Source: Callorhinchus milii (Eukaryota). From it: 64,000 bases of DNA. The stretch covers positions 18,724,001 through 18,788,000 of the forward strand of contig NW_024704754.1 of the NCBI RefSeq assembly GCF_018977255.1. The letters are read 5' to 3'. Below are positions 37,760-49,611 of the stretch, one piece after another. The stretch's first letter is position 1; every line of letters begins with the position of its first letter. Below the pieces are notes generated by a model, which worked only from the letters and a program-made list of their open reading frames with translations, was not told the DNA's origin and ran no database searches. Made by a program: the position numbers and the translations under genes.

Positions 37760-40700
37760 TTAGGGCTGACCTGTTCGTTTCTTGATTTGTTCTGCAAGGT
37801 TTACTCTGAGAATATCAACCTGAGCAAAGGTAAGAAAATAAAAGTTAACTCGGGAAGAAAATATGAAATACAGTACAATCCCATTATATCCCATTTGGGG
37901 TCATAAACTCAACGGGTATAACAGGGCACAAAAGTGAAACAGCCACCATACCAACATTTCCCCCACCACCCTCTGAAACTCCATTCCACAGGCCCTTCGC
38001 CTCGCACCCTTCATTGCCTCCATCTGAAATGCTGTCTAGCGTCTTGGGACACCCTCCTGACGTGAAAGGCGCTATACAAATGTAATCTTGTTGTTGTTGC
38101 CTCCTTCAAGACCTTCCCAGCTCAACACCTTCCTCTTCGACCACACCTTCAGTCACCCTCATACCCCCCCACCCTCCCTGCCCTCCACCCTTCCTGATCC
38201 CAACCCCAGCTCTGGTTCAAATCTCTACTATCCAGTCCTTGGAACATCTTCCCGATGTGAAAGGCGCTGTGTAAATGTAATTTGTTGCAGTTGTGTAAAA
38301 CAGTATAGCTATTTCCTGAAAAATGTCCACCAGACATTTTCTGCACACTCCAAATGTATTCATGCTATTCCTTATATGCCAAACAGTGATAACGTGACAA
38401 CTTTCAATTAGGTTCTATTGTAACAGGACTCACAATTTGTGTCAAAATCTATTTAAAAAACTGTATTGAAATCAGGTTCAAAAGCCACTCATCTTCTCCA
38501 GCTAAGTCAGGTCAATTTAGATATAAATGTGCAGAAACCAAATCTGAGTTTCTATAACAAACTGTATTGTTTAACATAGATGTCGTTTGAATACAGAGCA
38601 TCATTCCTCCCCGACCTTCCTGTTGTGCAGCTACACAAGGAAGCTACATTAAGAGTGAAACTTAGGAATGACCTCTTCTCTTGTAACCACATCTCGCAGT
38701 TTGACCACTCCATCCTTGAGTTCCTGCTCTCCGAGAATAGCCACCAGTGGGATACCCGTCTCCTCACAGTATTGCAGCTGGTTCAAGAGCTTTGGGTTCT
38801 TCTTGTACGTGATCTCTGCCTGTGGGAGCACAACACAGGTAGCAATTTAGATAAAATTGAGATAAAAACAAACCTCTAACTCTCCGCCTTGTTCCATCCT
38901 TCCCCATCTTCAGGTCGTGCCTGAAGATCTTCCTCTTCGACCATGCTTACAGTCACCTCTCTCCCCCCTCCCTGACTCTGTGTCGTGCTCCGCCACTGTC
39001 AAGCGCTTTGGGACGCTACTCTGGCCGAGGGGGCGCAATATAAATGTAAGCCATCGTTGTTGATGTTGAGAGGAAATGGAAAGTGTTTCAGATTGATCAC
39101 TTCTGTGCTATAAAATTCTATTCTTTAACAAAGAGCTGACCGTAAAGGTCACTGCTAGCAAACTAAGCATCGCAGATAGCCCTGCCCTGGCTGATATTGG
39201 GCTTTCATATGAACAAATATTAAAACACATTAAATTGTTGTCCCTATTTGAATTAAAACCTGCCTCGCTTGTTACACAGGCAGAGTATCTACAGTACAAT
39301 ATACAACACCTTGATGCCAGAATTCCAGAGTTCTGCCACAAGCTTCATCCTCTCCTCCAGCAGCTTCTTCTGGGCAGCAGCAACAAGCACCTGGGTTTCG
39401 GTCGTGCGAATTTTCTGTTCAGTCCCCTGATGGAAAAGGGCAGGAATTGAGCCATAGCATTTAACAGCAAAGATTAGCAGCACACAGACAGCATCACAAA
39501 GCTGAAGTGGTAACATTTCAGCATGGGGGTAAGAGAGAGAAACTGGAGTGATGAAGACAGGAATTTATTCTTAATAATTCTTGCACTTGATAATAATGCC
39601 TTATCACATCATCGAGACCTCTCAAAGAGTTAAAGGGCAAAATGCAGCATCCAGTTGCTCACAGCAGTGACCCCCAATCAGGCACGAAGTGAGTGACCAA
39701 TTTTTACTTGGGGGATTTTTGGCCAGGACACCAGGGAAGAGAAACTCCCTTCTCATTTTGAATGGGATCCTTAACAGCCACCTGAACAGGCAATCTTCAA
39801 ACCTCCAATAAAAGTCTCCAGCAAGGTCAGCTTTATTATTTATGGCTTGTGCCAAGTGATTTACTTTTCACCTGATCCCCAAATCTATTGTATATAAGAT
39901 AGCACTTGGTCGCACTCTCCCCAGTTAATTGGGGCTCTGGGTTGAAATGTAAACACCAGAGATGTGCTGTGATTTACTGCTCTGAAAGGGTTTGAATTTC
40001 TGAAAGTGAGAACAAGTGAATAAAAGGGAGAGGCCACAGTTTTACTGGCTTCAGCGAGACTAAAAACTTAAATTTATTGATTGAATTCACAGAACTTTGT
40101 TCATGTGAGGAGCAAAACCTCACAGGTTAACAAGATTCTTAAATATTTTTTAAAATTGGCCTATGGTTTCTAAGAGAGCCTGGGAGTTGGACACAGGTTT
40201 AATAATATTAATCCTTGCATTTGATATAGTGCCTTATCACATCGTCAAGACTTCTCAAAGCGCTTCACAGGATATACTGTACCTCAACCTGCTGCTCCAG
40301 TATGGAGAATATTCTCTCCATTCCAATGCTGACTCCCACACATGGCACCTTCCGACCTTTGGAGTCGAACATTCCCACCAGGTTGTCGTAACGGCCCCCA
40401 GCAGCCACGCTGCCCACACTACTCGTCTCCGTGTGCTCCTCCTGCTGTGTCGGTGCTGCCCCCTGGCTCGGCCCCAGCACGGCTTCGTAAATCACACCCG
40501 TGTAGTAATCCAGCCCTCGCGCCAGGCTCAGGTCAAACTTAACCTGGTCAGGGAAACACAAGAGGCATATTTTAAAATAAATGTTGGCAGTGATTTTTTT
40601 TTGGTCAGCCGGGTGTCTCAACACATGAAGAATCCCATCACTTTGCTTAATGAATATCCAAACCAAGCTGCGATTTCCATGCATCCCACCTGCATATGCA

Positions 40701-43700
40701 AATTGCAGAGATAAATTGTTGGAATGGGATGCGCTCTCTCTCTCCCTGGTGGGACACATCCTGCTTCGGGAAAGTATTAAGTACAGGTTGGCAATACATC
40801 CAAGGCTTGGGGAGCCTAGCATGTGCGTTGGGGAAACTGCTGGAGTCTAACCAGCTAAAGCAAAAATAAGGCAGTGACAACTTTGAATTAACAACTTTAC
40901 AATTTCAAAAGGTTTAGAAAAATCGAAGGAGGAATATAATTTTTAAGCAAAGCACACAAGTGGCGAGGCTGGTGCAAAGAAATGCTGGTCAGACTGTGCT
41001 CACCTGTTCCCCAACTCCGAAGAGCGTGAGATACTGGAACAAAAGTTTCAGGTCGTTCAGCCCCTCCAAGGCCACCTTACTCTGGCAAAGGCTGATATCG
41101 TTCAGCAGTTTCTCAATCAACTCAGCCCCACCTGAAAAAGACAGATTAGTCTTCATACACAGACAAGCAGAGGATAAAATGAGATGTGCGATGCTTTAAA
41201 GATAATAATCCTTGAAGATGGTTTAAAGCCACATCCGTGAACAGATTGGCATTGGGATATTCGCCCACAAAATACAGTCAATTCACTTTACAGTATATTC
41301 TGTGAAGTGCTTTGAGACGTCTCAACAACATGATAAGGCGCAAAATGAAATACAAGGATTATTATGTCAGGTGTTTTCAACTGTGCACACTTTCAAATAT
41401 TAAATAATGTAGACATATTGATACTCTATGAATTTCAGTTCATAAACTGACTAAGCCCAACCCGTATCAGCTAAGGTCTGTGAAAAATGGGTGACTTCCC
41501 TTATATGTGAACAGTATGCTCACACTGAGAGACCCCTGTGACAGACTGACCCAAATCAGGGATAGACGGAATCCTGAAACACGGTTAAGATCCTACTTAC
41601 ACATAATGACATTTCTCAATCCCAGAAACAGACATCCTGCTTAGGAGGAGGGGTGGGAAGCGGGAAGATTTTTTTGGAGGATAAATTCAAAAGGAACAAT
41701 ATAAAAAGGAACAAGGTAAAAGAACGGGGAATTGGGATAGAATCAATTGGTTAAGTTCTACCCCATCAACGGCGCTCACAAAGCCTTTATTTTGACTGAG
41801 TAAATCGGACCATTCACTATAAGCCTGAAAAGCCAGTGTGGACAAGGAGGTCTATATGGAGGAAGTACGTACCATTGAGCTGCACATACGTTCCAATCTT
41901 GTCAGCAGACTCTGGAGCCAGGCCCTTCTCCCCAACCATCTCATTCTTCACATCCTCCCACGGCAACTGTGGGAGAAACCAGATCCACATTAGGCTCTCC
42001 TCTGACTATACACTGACTGAACACAAGACCTGCAGTAACTAGGACTAACATTAACTAATATCAACAGATAAATTATTTATTTAATTGTTGTCCGGGGCGG
42101 AATCAAGAGCATTTAAGAGCGGAATCAAGAGCATTTAAGAGGACAAGTAAATCGAGCCAACATGCAGAGATGCTAAATAGCACCTGACCACCAATTGTGT
42201 GATAAATTTTAAGCCTGTGAAAAAGACAATAAAGGTCGTAAAGATCACAGTCAGTGAGGTGCAAAGCCCTCACCTTGTCCAGTTTATCCACAGACGAACA
42301 AATTGTGCGGAATTTGTCATCAGGGACGCCACAGACTTCAAACATCCCGTCCAAAATGCGCCGATCGTTCACCTGCGTAGACAAACAATTACTCTTCAAA
42401 GTTTGGAAAGGTAATGTACAGCGGGGGGTCCAACCTCTTGGCTGCCGAGGGCTGGATGCGTCTTTGAGAAACATCCGCGGGCCGCATAAGCAAAATTTTT
42501 GTGTTTGCCTTCCAGAAACAGAACATTTATGGGTTGTGCAGGGAGCGGGTCGGTCAGATGAAATGGGGGGGGCGGATGGGAACGGGGGACACAGATGGAC
42601 TCAGTCCATGGGTCGCTAGTTGGACTACCCTGACGTAGAGAAAGGTTTTCTAGTATTCAACCTGTAAGTGAGAGTTGAATTATCAGTGCAGTATTAGTGT
42701 TTCCAACACAGTCTGTCATAGGTTCAGTGGCCTCCCACCCTGTACTAAACTGGAACCCACAGATTATAATTACACATCATACAAACGTCACTCCTTTACC
42801 TTAATACAAAAATCACCCAACTTCAGGTCACTTAAGATCTCATGGACGATTTTCAGGCACTCGGCGTCAGGGATCATTGGGTCATACTGGCCTGCGATGT
42901 CAAAGTCCTGAGAAAGGAGAACTCCTTTTATTACTGTTTATTTTGAATTGTCTTAATACAAAACACTAACTTGATTGGGGCGAGATTCTTATAGAATCAG
43001 CAGTTACTAGCCACTTATTTTAGCGTAAAACTCAGACACATCTAATCTGTATAAATCGTATAATTGCCCAATTCCCGTTGAATTTCCTATTATTTATACA
43101 TTTCACATAACTCATACTTTGCAGAAGTCATATTAAATGTATGGTCCCAACTGATACGACTTATGTGAAGTTTTCTGTATATCAATATAGAGGTGGATAA
43201 GGGAAGGGTTAAGGCGGAAAGCTGAGCCAAGGTTCAGTGTGTACAAGTGAGACTTAATGCTGGTGTATGTGAATACTTCATATGTAGAATTTTCTACAAT
43301 TCCTATCACTATCTATCTATATATATATACACACACAATATATATATATACATACACACATATGTATATATAGAATGTTCCAAATTGCTCCTTTTCTGGG
43401 GAGTAAACTACTCTAAATAAATAAGTGCATTTTTCACCCACATTTTAACATCAGAGCAGTAAATACTCACACACTGGTAGAACTCTCTGTAGCGCCCCCG
43501 GGTCATGGCTGGGTTGTCCCTTCTGTACACTTTAGCTATGTGATATCTCTTAATATTGGTGATTTTGTTCATAGATAAGTAACGGGCAAAGGGAACCTGA
43601 GAGCTGGTAGTTAAGGGTAAATCTGACAATAAAAACACGATCTGCTGGTCTCAGTGAGATTTTATTCTTTGTAAAGCCTGCTATTAGCAATGTCAAAGGG

Positions 43701-46700
43701 AACAATATTGCATCAATACTTACCTTCCTGAGGGACTCAAAAGTTTTATTTAAATAAAACCCCTCAGTAGTTCAGTGGGTAAAGGCTCCACTGGACACAC
43801 ACGAACGCAACAGGTTCAAATCCCACTCACATCGAGTGGGTTCAATTCTCTGGCATAAACGATTACTGAAGTGGACACTATAAATTTTCTTAAAGAGGAA
43901 ATAGACAGATGCTTGTAAAAGTGGAACATGAGGAGGTAATGGGAGCAGAGGACGGAACCCACTGGCTCAAGTAGAGAGAAGCACCAGCACAGACTTTGGT
44001 GGGCAGAACTGCCTGTTTCTGGGCTGCAACATTCTGTGTCATCCTAATACCTAAGTAACAACATAGCAACTTTTAACCCGTCACTGTGTAAGATCAGCAA
44101 TATTCAGAGGACTTAATTTCAGAATTAATCATTTAAATTCTATAGATTTCAAATGCTATACAAAATATACAGTGTACTGGTCATTTAAGAAAAAGAGGAA
44201 CACTTCATTGAAGTTGCTTTGACATAAAGGGCATTTAGTTGTGGATTTGAAGATTATTTCCCCCGTTCTTTCACTGTTTAGGGAGAACCCATCAAGGATA
44301 CAGTTAGATCATATCGCAGTGACAACAGCTCACCACCCTGGTCCTTCAAGTCATAGATAAGCTTCGAGTCTTCCCCATATTTTCCAGTCAACGTTTCCTG
44401 AAGAACAAACACACAGAGATCCAACAGAGCACAATGAGACAAGCACAGTCAACAAGTCATTCTCCCCATTTTGTATTGTAAATGTGATGCCGCTGCAGTA
44501 GAGATGGAGCACCCAAGTAATCAATCATACACGTCTGCCATCAACACTGAAGTATCTGTGCAAACAGCTCTGCAGGGCATTGACACATTGAAAGAACCCA
44601 GGGAACCCACTTAATGCAAGAACAAAGTTCAAAGAAAGAAAGAAGAAACAGTTTTGTGACACAATCACACCAAAACACCTCGTATTTCACACACAATTAC
44701 TGATAAGTGTATCGACTGTTCTTGCCAGAAAACATGCCCCCAATTTGCACCAGCAAGACCACACCCACTGCCAGGAGGTGAATGAGCCATTAATTTGCAG
44801 TCCTCCCCATCAGGACATGGGGACAAACTCCTGCTCGTTTCCAATAAAGTTTCAGGACGTTTAGATACCAAACAAAGCACAAAAATTTCACGTTGCAAAG
44901 CTTCACACAGAACTTTACCTTCAGCTCAAACACTGGCGTGTCGATGGTCTCAGCTCCGTGGCGTTTGAAGCAATTAATGATGGCGCTGAAGGCCTTCTCA
45001 CGGATGGCCATCTGCTTTGGGTTATAATCCCTGGTTCCCTGAGAAATGTAAATTTCGGGGAGAAAGCAGAAGCAGATTATATCAGCAATTCAAAGAAAAT
45101 TAGTTAGCTTTTTGGTAAAGAAATGGATTTGAGAGGTATAGAAGATAGAACACAACTGTTATGAGTAGAAACAATAATAAAAAAAATTGGTCATTTTCAA
45201 TCCATGACTGATTTGTGACACTGCTGTGCGCAATTGGCTGTCGCGTTTCGCCCACAAATATACTGTCAATTCATTTCATAGTCTATTCTGTAAAGCGCTT
45301 TGAGACGGCAAGAAGACGTTAAAAGCGCTATATTAAATGCAAGGATTATTATTATTATTATAACAGACCTTCCCTGAGGACATTGACAACAATCCTGAAG
45401 CTGTGTGGCTTTTACCAATGCTTTTTAGAAAAATAACTTTGAATGATGTGACTGCGCAGAGGGATTCTTAAGTTTAACCTTTAAGTTGTCGTCCAACTAA
45501 TGTTTAGTTAACATTAACACTATCCGACCGTCTCCTTTACCTTTGCTGTTTTGAGAACAAACTGGTGCTTTCCATCATTCGATCCCAGCTGTGCCTTCAG
45601 TTCCAACAACTTCCTCACTTCCTCTGTGATCTGAATGGAATAAATAACACATACCTTCAACTCAGGAAAACCTGCGATAAAACAACCCTTCGCTTTACTC
45701 TCCACCAAGTAGAAATGAATAAAAAGAAATTCTGGATGCAGAATTATTTGGGATGTTGCAAAAGTAGAGATACTTGGGCAGTATGGGTAAAGCAGAGAGA
45801 TGGAATTAAAACAGCTTATATAATTCAAAAAATTGGTAGAACAGACAAGATGTACCAAACGGGGACTCTCCTGTTCTGGCACCTCACAGCTGCTTGTAAG
45901 GTGAGATAAAAATGATCTTCACATGTTACAGAAACAGTGAAAGGATGACTTTCAGGAATCCTTTGCCCAAGGGTTTTTGCACAAGATCTTTTATCCTATA
46001 TGGTAACCACGCAAAACCAAATATAGAAATATACACATGCTTTTCACAGTAACAAACAATATCGGGAGGATAATAGGCAGAACTCTGCTAAATCAGTGCC
46101 ATTCAATCTCCCTGATGATAATAATAACTAACCACCTGCGAGTGTGGAAATGGATGGATATCAATGAGTTCTCACAGCTCTTTGAAACATACAACATTTC
46201 TAATTCGTGAAAGATTACACACCTGCTCATTAGGCCGACAGCACATCGCACGCACGGTGGTGTTGTAGGATCCAACCCGTCGGCACATGAATCCAGCCCA
46301 GAATTTCACAGAGACGACCATTCCAAATGTGTTCATTTTGAGGTTTTAAACCAGTTCAGTGTGATGAAGCACACAGTTCACGTAATCACAAGTGTCCCAG
46401 CAAAAGTATTGGCAATGAAATTCCATTAAATGCCACCCATTGTCCCAACAGAGCAGCAATTTTTATTCCCACAGGTCCAGTCCATTCCGTCATCAAGAAT
46501 TCATCGGGTCGAAAGCAAAACGTAGCACAGGGCAGTGGGTGAGCATGAAGGAACAGGAGAAAACTGGTCAGCAATTACCACTATCCCAGTGGTGCAGTGT
46601 GGCAGCAAAACATGGTGGAAAGGAGCAACAATTGGAATTAACCTCTGTATCTGAACCACCAATACCAATTCATACCAATATCTATCAACTCTGAATGTCA

Positions 46701-48536
46701 GTAAACAGTACAACATTGAGCTTTATATTCAGGTGCCTTTCACATTCATATAAAACAATCGCATCGGCCCCCAAACAAACAGTTTTGACAGTTGTGGGCT
46801 TACGGTATTGTGCTGGGTGTACACTTGAAACCTTGATTTCCCAAGCAAAAGCCCTAATTTAATCAAAACTTGAATCTTTTGGAGGGGAAAGAAGCAAAGG
46901 ATTGATTAAAAAATTCCCATGATGATTCTGTGTGCTGGATCGTGAAGCAATTTAATTCAGGGTTGCATCACCCAGCCATAAATAACTTCACTCAACACAG
47001 CAAACATAAGAGGGTGAGATTAGAGAATTAGCTCAATGTTGGTTCTACCATCTACATATACCTCCTTCACCATTAAGGAAGAGACAATAGTCTCTGAAAA
47101 ACAGATTTTAATAAAAACAGATTCACAATGAATGCAGAACTGCAGAATTCAGCTGTAACACTAACCCAACGAAACCACTATCTTTTTGGCTGCAGAGACC
47201 ATCTCTGATCAACAGCAAACTCCAGTCGAGGTATCAAGAGATATCTGATTACAGGGACCACATCATAATGTGCCTTCTTGAATCCATCAGAATATAAGTA
47301 AATCAAAATGACATTTGTACTACAGAGCCTTTCGCATCGGGAGGGCGTCCCAAGGCACTGGAGAGTCAGGGATTTGGACCCGAACTGGGGGGCGGAATCG
47401 GGGAGGGTGGTCGAAGGCGCAGTCGAAGAGGAGGGTTTTGAGACGCGACTTGAAGGAGGCGAGGGAGGGAGGGAGGGAGCGAGGCGAAGGGAATGTGTGG
47501 AGGAGTTCCAAAAGGTGGAGTGCAAAAAGGCTGAAGGCCCGAGCGCTGATGGTGGTGGTGGGGGGGAGACGGGATGTGGAGCCTTTATTACAGGACATGT
47601 CAAACAGATTGACAGTTTGTTGCTGTCACCGCAGGTCCTGCAAACAGTCCACCACTGCACTGGAACACACAGCAGAGCTCGGAGCACTGCAGGTCCACCC
47701 CACACACACAGCCCCCCCCCACACACACACAGCCCCCCACCCCACACACACACAGCCCCCCCCCACACACACACAGCCTCCCCCACACACACACAGCCTC
47801 CCCCCCACACACACACAGCCTCCCCCCCCACCACCCCCCCCCCCACACACAGCCCCCCCCCACACACACAGCCCCCCCCCCACACACAGCCCCCCCCCCA
47901 CACAGCCCCCCCCCACACACAGCCCCCCCACACACACACACAGCCCCCCCCACACAGCCCCCCCCCACACACAGCCCCCCCCCACACACAGCCCCCCCAC
48001 ACACAGCCCCCCCCCCACACAGCCCCCCCCCACACAGCCCCCCCACACACAGCCCCCCCCCCACACAGCCCCCCCCCACACAGCCCCCCCCACACACACA
48101 GCCCCCCCCCACACACAGCCCCCCCCCCACACACAGCCCCCCCCCACACACCAGCCCCCCCCCCACACACACACACAGCCCCCCCACACACACACACAGC
48201 CCCCCCACACAGCCCCCCCCCACACAGCCCCCCCACACACAGCCCCCCCCCCACACAGCCCCCCCCCCACAGCCCCCCCCACACACACAGCCCCTCCCCC
48301 ACACAGCCCCTCACCAGCCCCTGTGCAGACCCGCTGTACCCGGGGCTGACAGCCTGTGTGAGGGGGGGCTCTCCTCCCCCGCCCGCCACGTGCTGCCGCC
48401 ATTCCCCGCCGCTGGGAGGGGGGGGGAGGGGGGCACTGACCTTGTCCTGAGCGGCCTTCTCCGCCTTCAGTTGGCGGACCCGCTCCGCCTGCGTTTTAAC
48501 CGCGACCTCCAGCTCCGCGCCTCCAACCGCCGCCAT
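37760..48536 (-). CDS. HARS: Histidyl-tRNA synthetase, cytosolic isoform (513 aa, 13 exons)
   Basis: Exons 48441-48536, 45541-45630, 44919-45038, 44302-44397, 43471-43596, 42800-42907, 42274-42372, 41873-41966, 41004-41131, 40283-40543, 39310-39426, 38673-38819, 37760-37819; 1542 nt, in frame. WHEP N-terminus, [36 protein letters not shown]. Confidence 0.97.
43597..44301 (-). other. U12-type (minor spliceosome) GT-AG intron in HARS
   Basis: 5' site GTATCCTT at 44301-44294; branch site CCCTTAAC at 43617-43610, about 12 nt from the AG; no strong polypyrimidine tract. Confidence 0.88.
46223..46336 (-). CDS. HARS: Alternative first coding exon of HARS encoding a mitochondrial targeting peptide (38 aa)
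   Basis: ATG preceded by an in-frame TAA. Translates [38 protein letters not shown]. Phase-0 donor CAG|GTGTGT joins in frame to exon 45541-45630. Confidence 0.78.
47698..48310. repeat. Degenerate (CACAGCCCCCCC)n minisatellite in HARS intron 1
   Basis: Seen directly; source of several spurious Gly/Pro-rich ORFs. Confidence 0.9.
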
Positions 48537-48564
48537 GACACCCGGCACCGTGCGGCTCGCGCTC

Positions 48565-48700
48565 GCCTGGACGTCACGTGACTGACAGGCCGGAACCGGA
48601 ACCCACCGCTCCACCCACCCACCCCCGGCCCCGCCCTCCCGGGCCTCTCATTGGCCAAGTCGCCTGTCGGTCTTGGGCCGCCGGACCCGCCCACCTGTCA
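48565..48700. promoter_or_regulatory. CpG-rich, probably bidirectional promoter of HARS and the CRAL-TRIO gene
   Basis: GACGTCACGTGAC (palindromic E-box GTCACGTGAC at 48573-48582 overlapping a CRE-like site), tandem CCGGAA at 48590-48601, GC boxes and ATTGG at 48650. Confidence 0.65.
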
Positions 48701-49012
48701 ATCACTGGTCCCGGCCACGACGAGTTGCTGATAATAATCATAATTGCAACTGACGCTGTGGGCTTTGATGTCAAACTGCCAGACATTTATGGGGCAAAAT
48801 AAATAACGATACCAACGGCACACGAGCGGCCCTCGCCCCCGACGTGCCCTGTGTAAACTCACAAGCACTGGCAGGGAAATGGAACAGTGCAAAAACTGCA
48901 TATAAAAAAATATCCCACACATTGCTGTCAGCTCCACAATGAGAACAGATGTGTACACGCACTTTTGGATGCTGCCAAAGGAGGTACTTACTTAGGAACC
49001 AGATATGGCTTC

Positions 49013-49360
49013 CAGTGAGATGTGGCATTGCTCTGACAGTGAGATGTGGCATTGCTCTGACAGTGAGATGTGGCATTGCTCTGACAGTGAGATGTGGCAT
49101 TGCAGTGACAGTGAGATGTGGCATTGCTCTGACAGTGAGATGTGGCATTGCAGTGACGGTGAGATGTGGCATTGCTCTGACAGTGAGATGTGGCATTGCT
49201 CTGACAGTGAGATGTGGCATTGCTCTGGCAGTGAGATGTGGCATTGCTCTGACAGTGAGATGTGGCATTGCTCTGACAGTGAGATGTGGCATTGCTCTGG
49301 CAGTGAGATGTGGCATTGCTCTGACAGTGAGATGTGGCATTGCTCTGACAGTGAGATGTG
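49013..49360. repeat. 24-bp minisatellite (CAGTGAGATGTGGCATTGCTCTGA), about 14.5 copies
   Basis: Near-perfect head-to-tail units with a few variants (gcagtgac, ctggca). Confidence 0.95.
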
Positions 49361-49611
49361 CGAATGGATGGATTGGCAGTGGTCATGTATGTGGGTGTTG
49401 CACTGCCAGCGAGGGGCTGTGCTTGTGCCCTGGGGTGTGGGTGACATTGAGAGGAACGCGGGTGGCGCAGAGCTACGCTGTGTTTGTGACACTGTCCCCA
49501 TTGTGAAGCGCACTGACGGCACAAGGCTCAGCTCCGCTCTGGGCGGTTGGGTTCTGTGCTTCTTCCCCACAGTCCCCGCCACCGCCACCCCCTGAGGCCA
49601 CAGATGTAACC

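Noticed and set aside
37740-37765. Premature stop or read-through at the HARS C-terminus (GQP* versus recalled human GQPLCIC)
   Set aside because: Downstream codons do not match beyond one Cys; this is ordinary C-terminal variation.
43762-43826. Pol III A-box/B-box pair inside the U12 intron (TAGTTCAGTGG, GGTTCAAATCC)
   Set aside because: No terminal stem or vault/tRNA motifs; most likely a decayed SINE head.
47178-48614. 478-aa Gly/Cys-rich ORF and overlapping Pro/His-rich ORFs
   Set aside because: Only 48441-48536 is real (HARS exon 1); the rest is read-through into a minisatellite and an L2 fragment.
49013-49360. CRISPR-like array or repeat-protein ORFs (VRCGIALT, SEMWHCSD)
   Set aside because: Units are head-to-tail with no unique spacers, the context is vertebrate, and the ORFs are a by-product of a 24-nt period.
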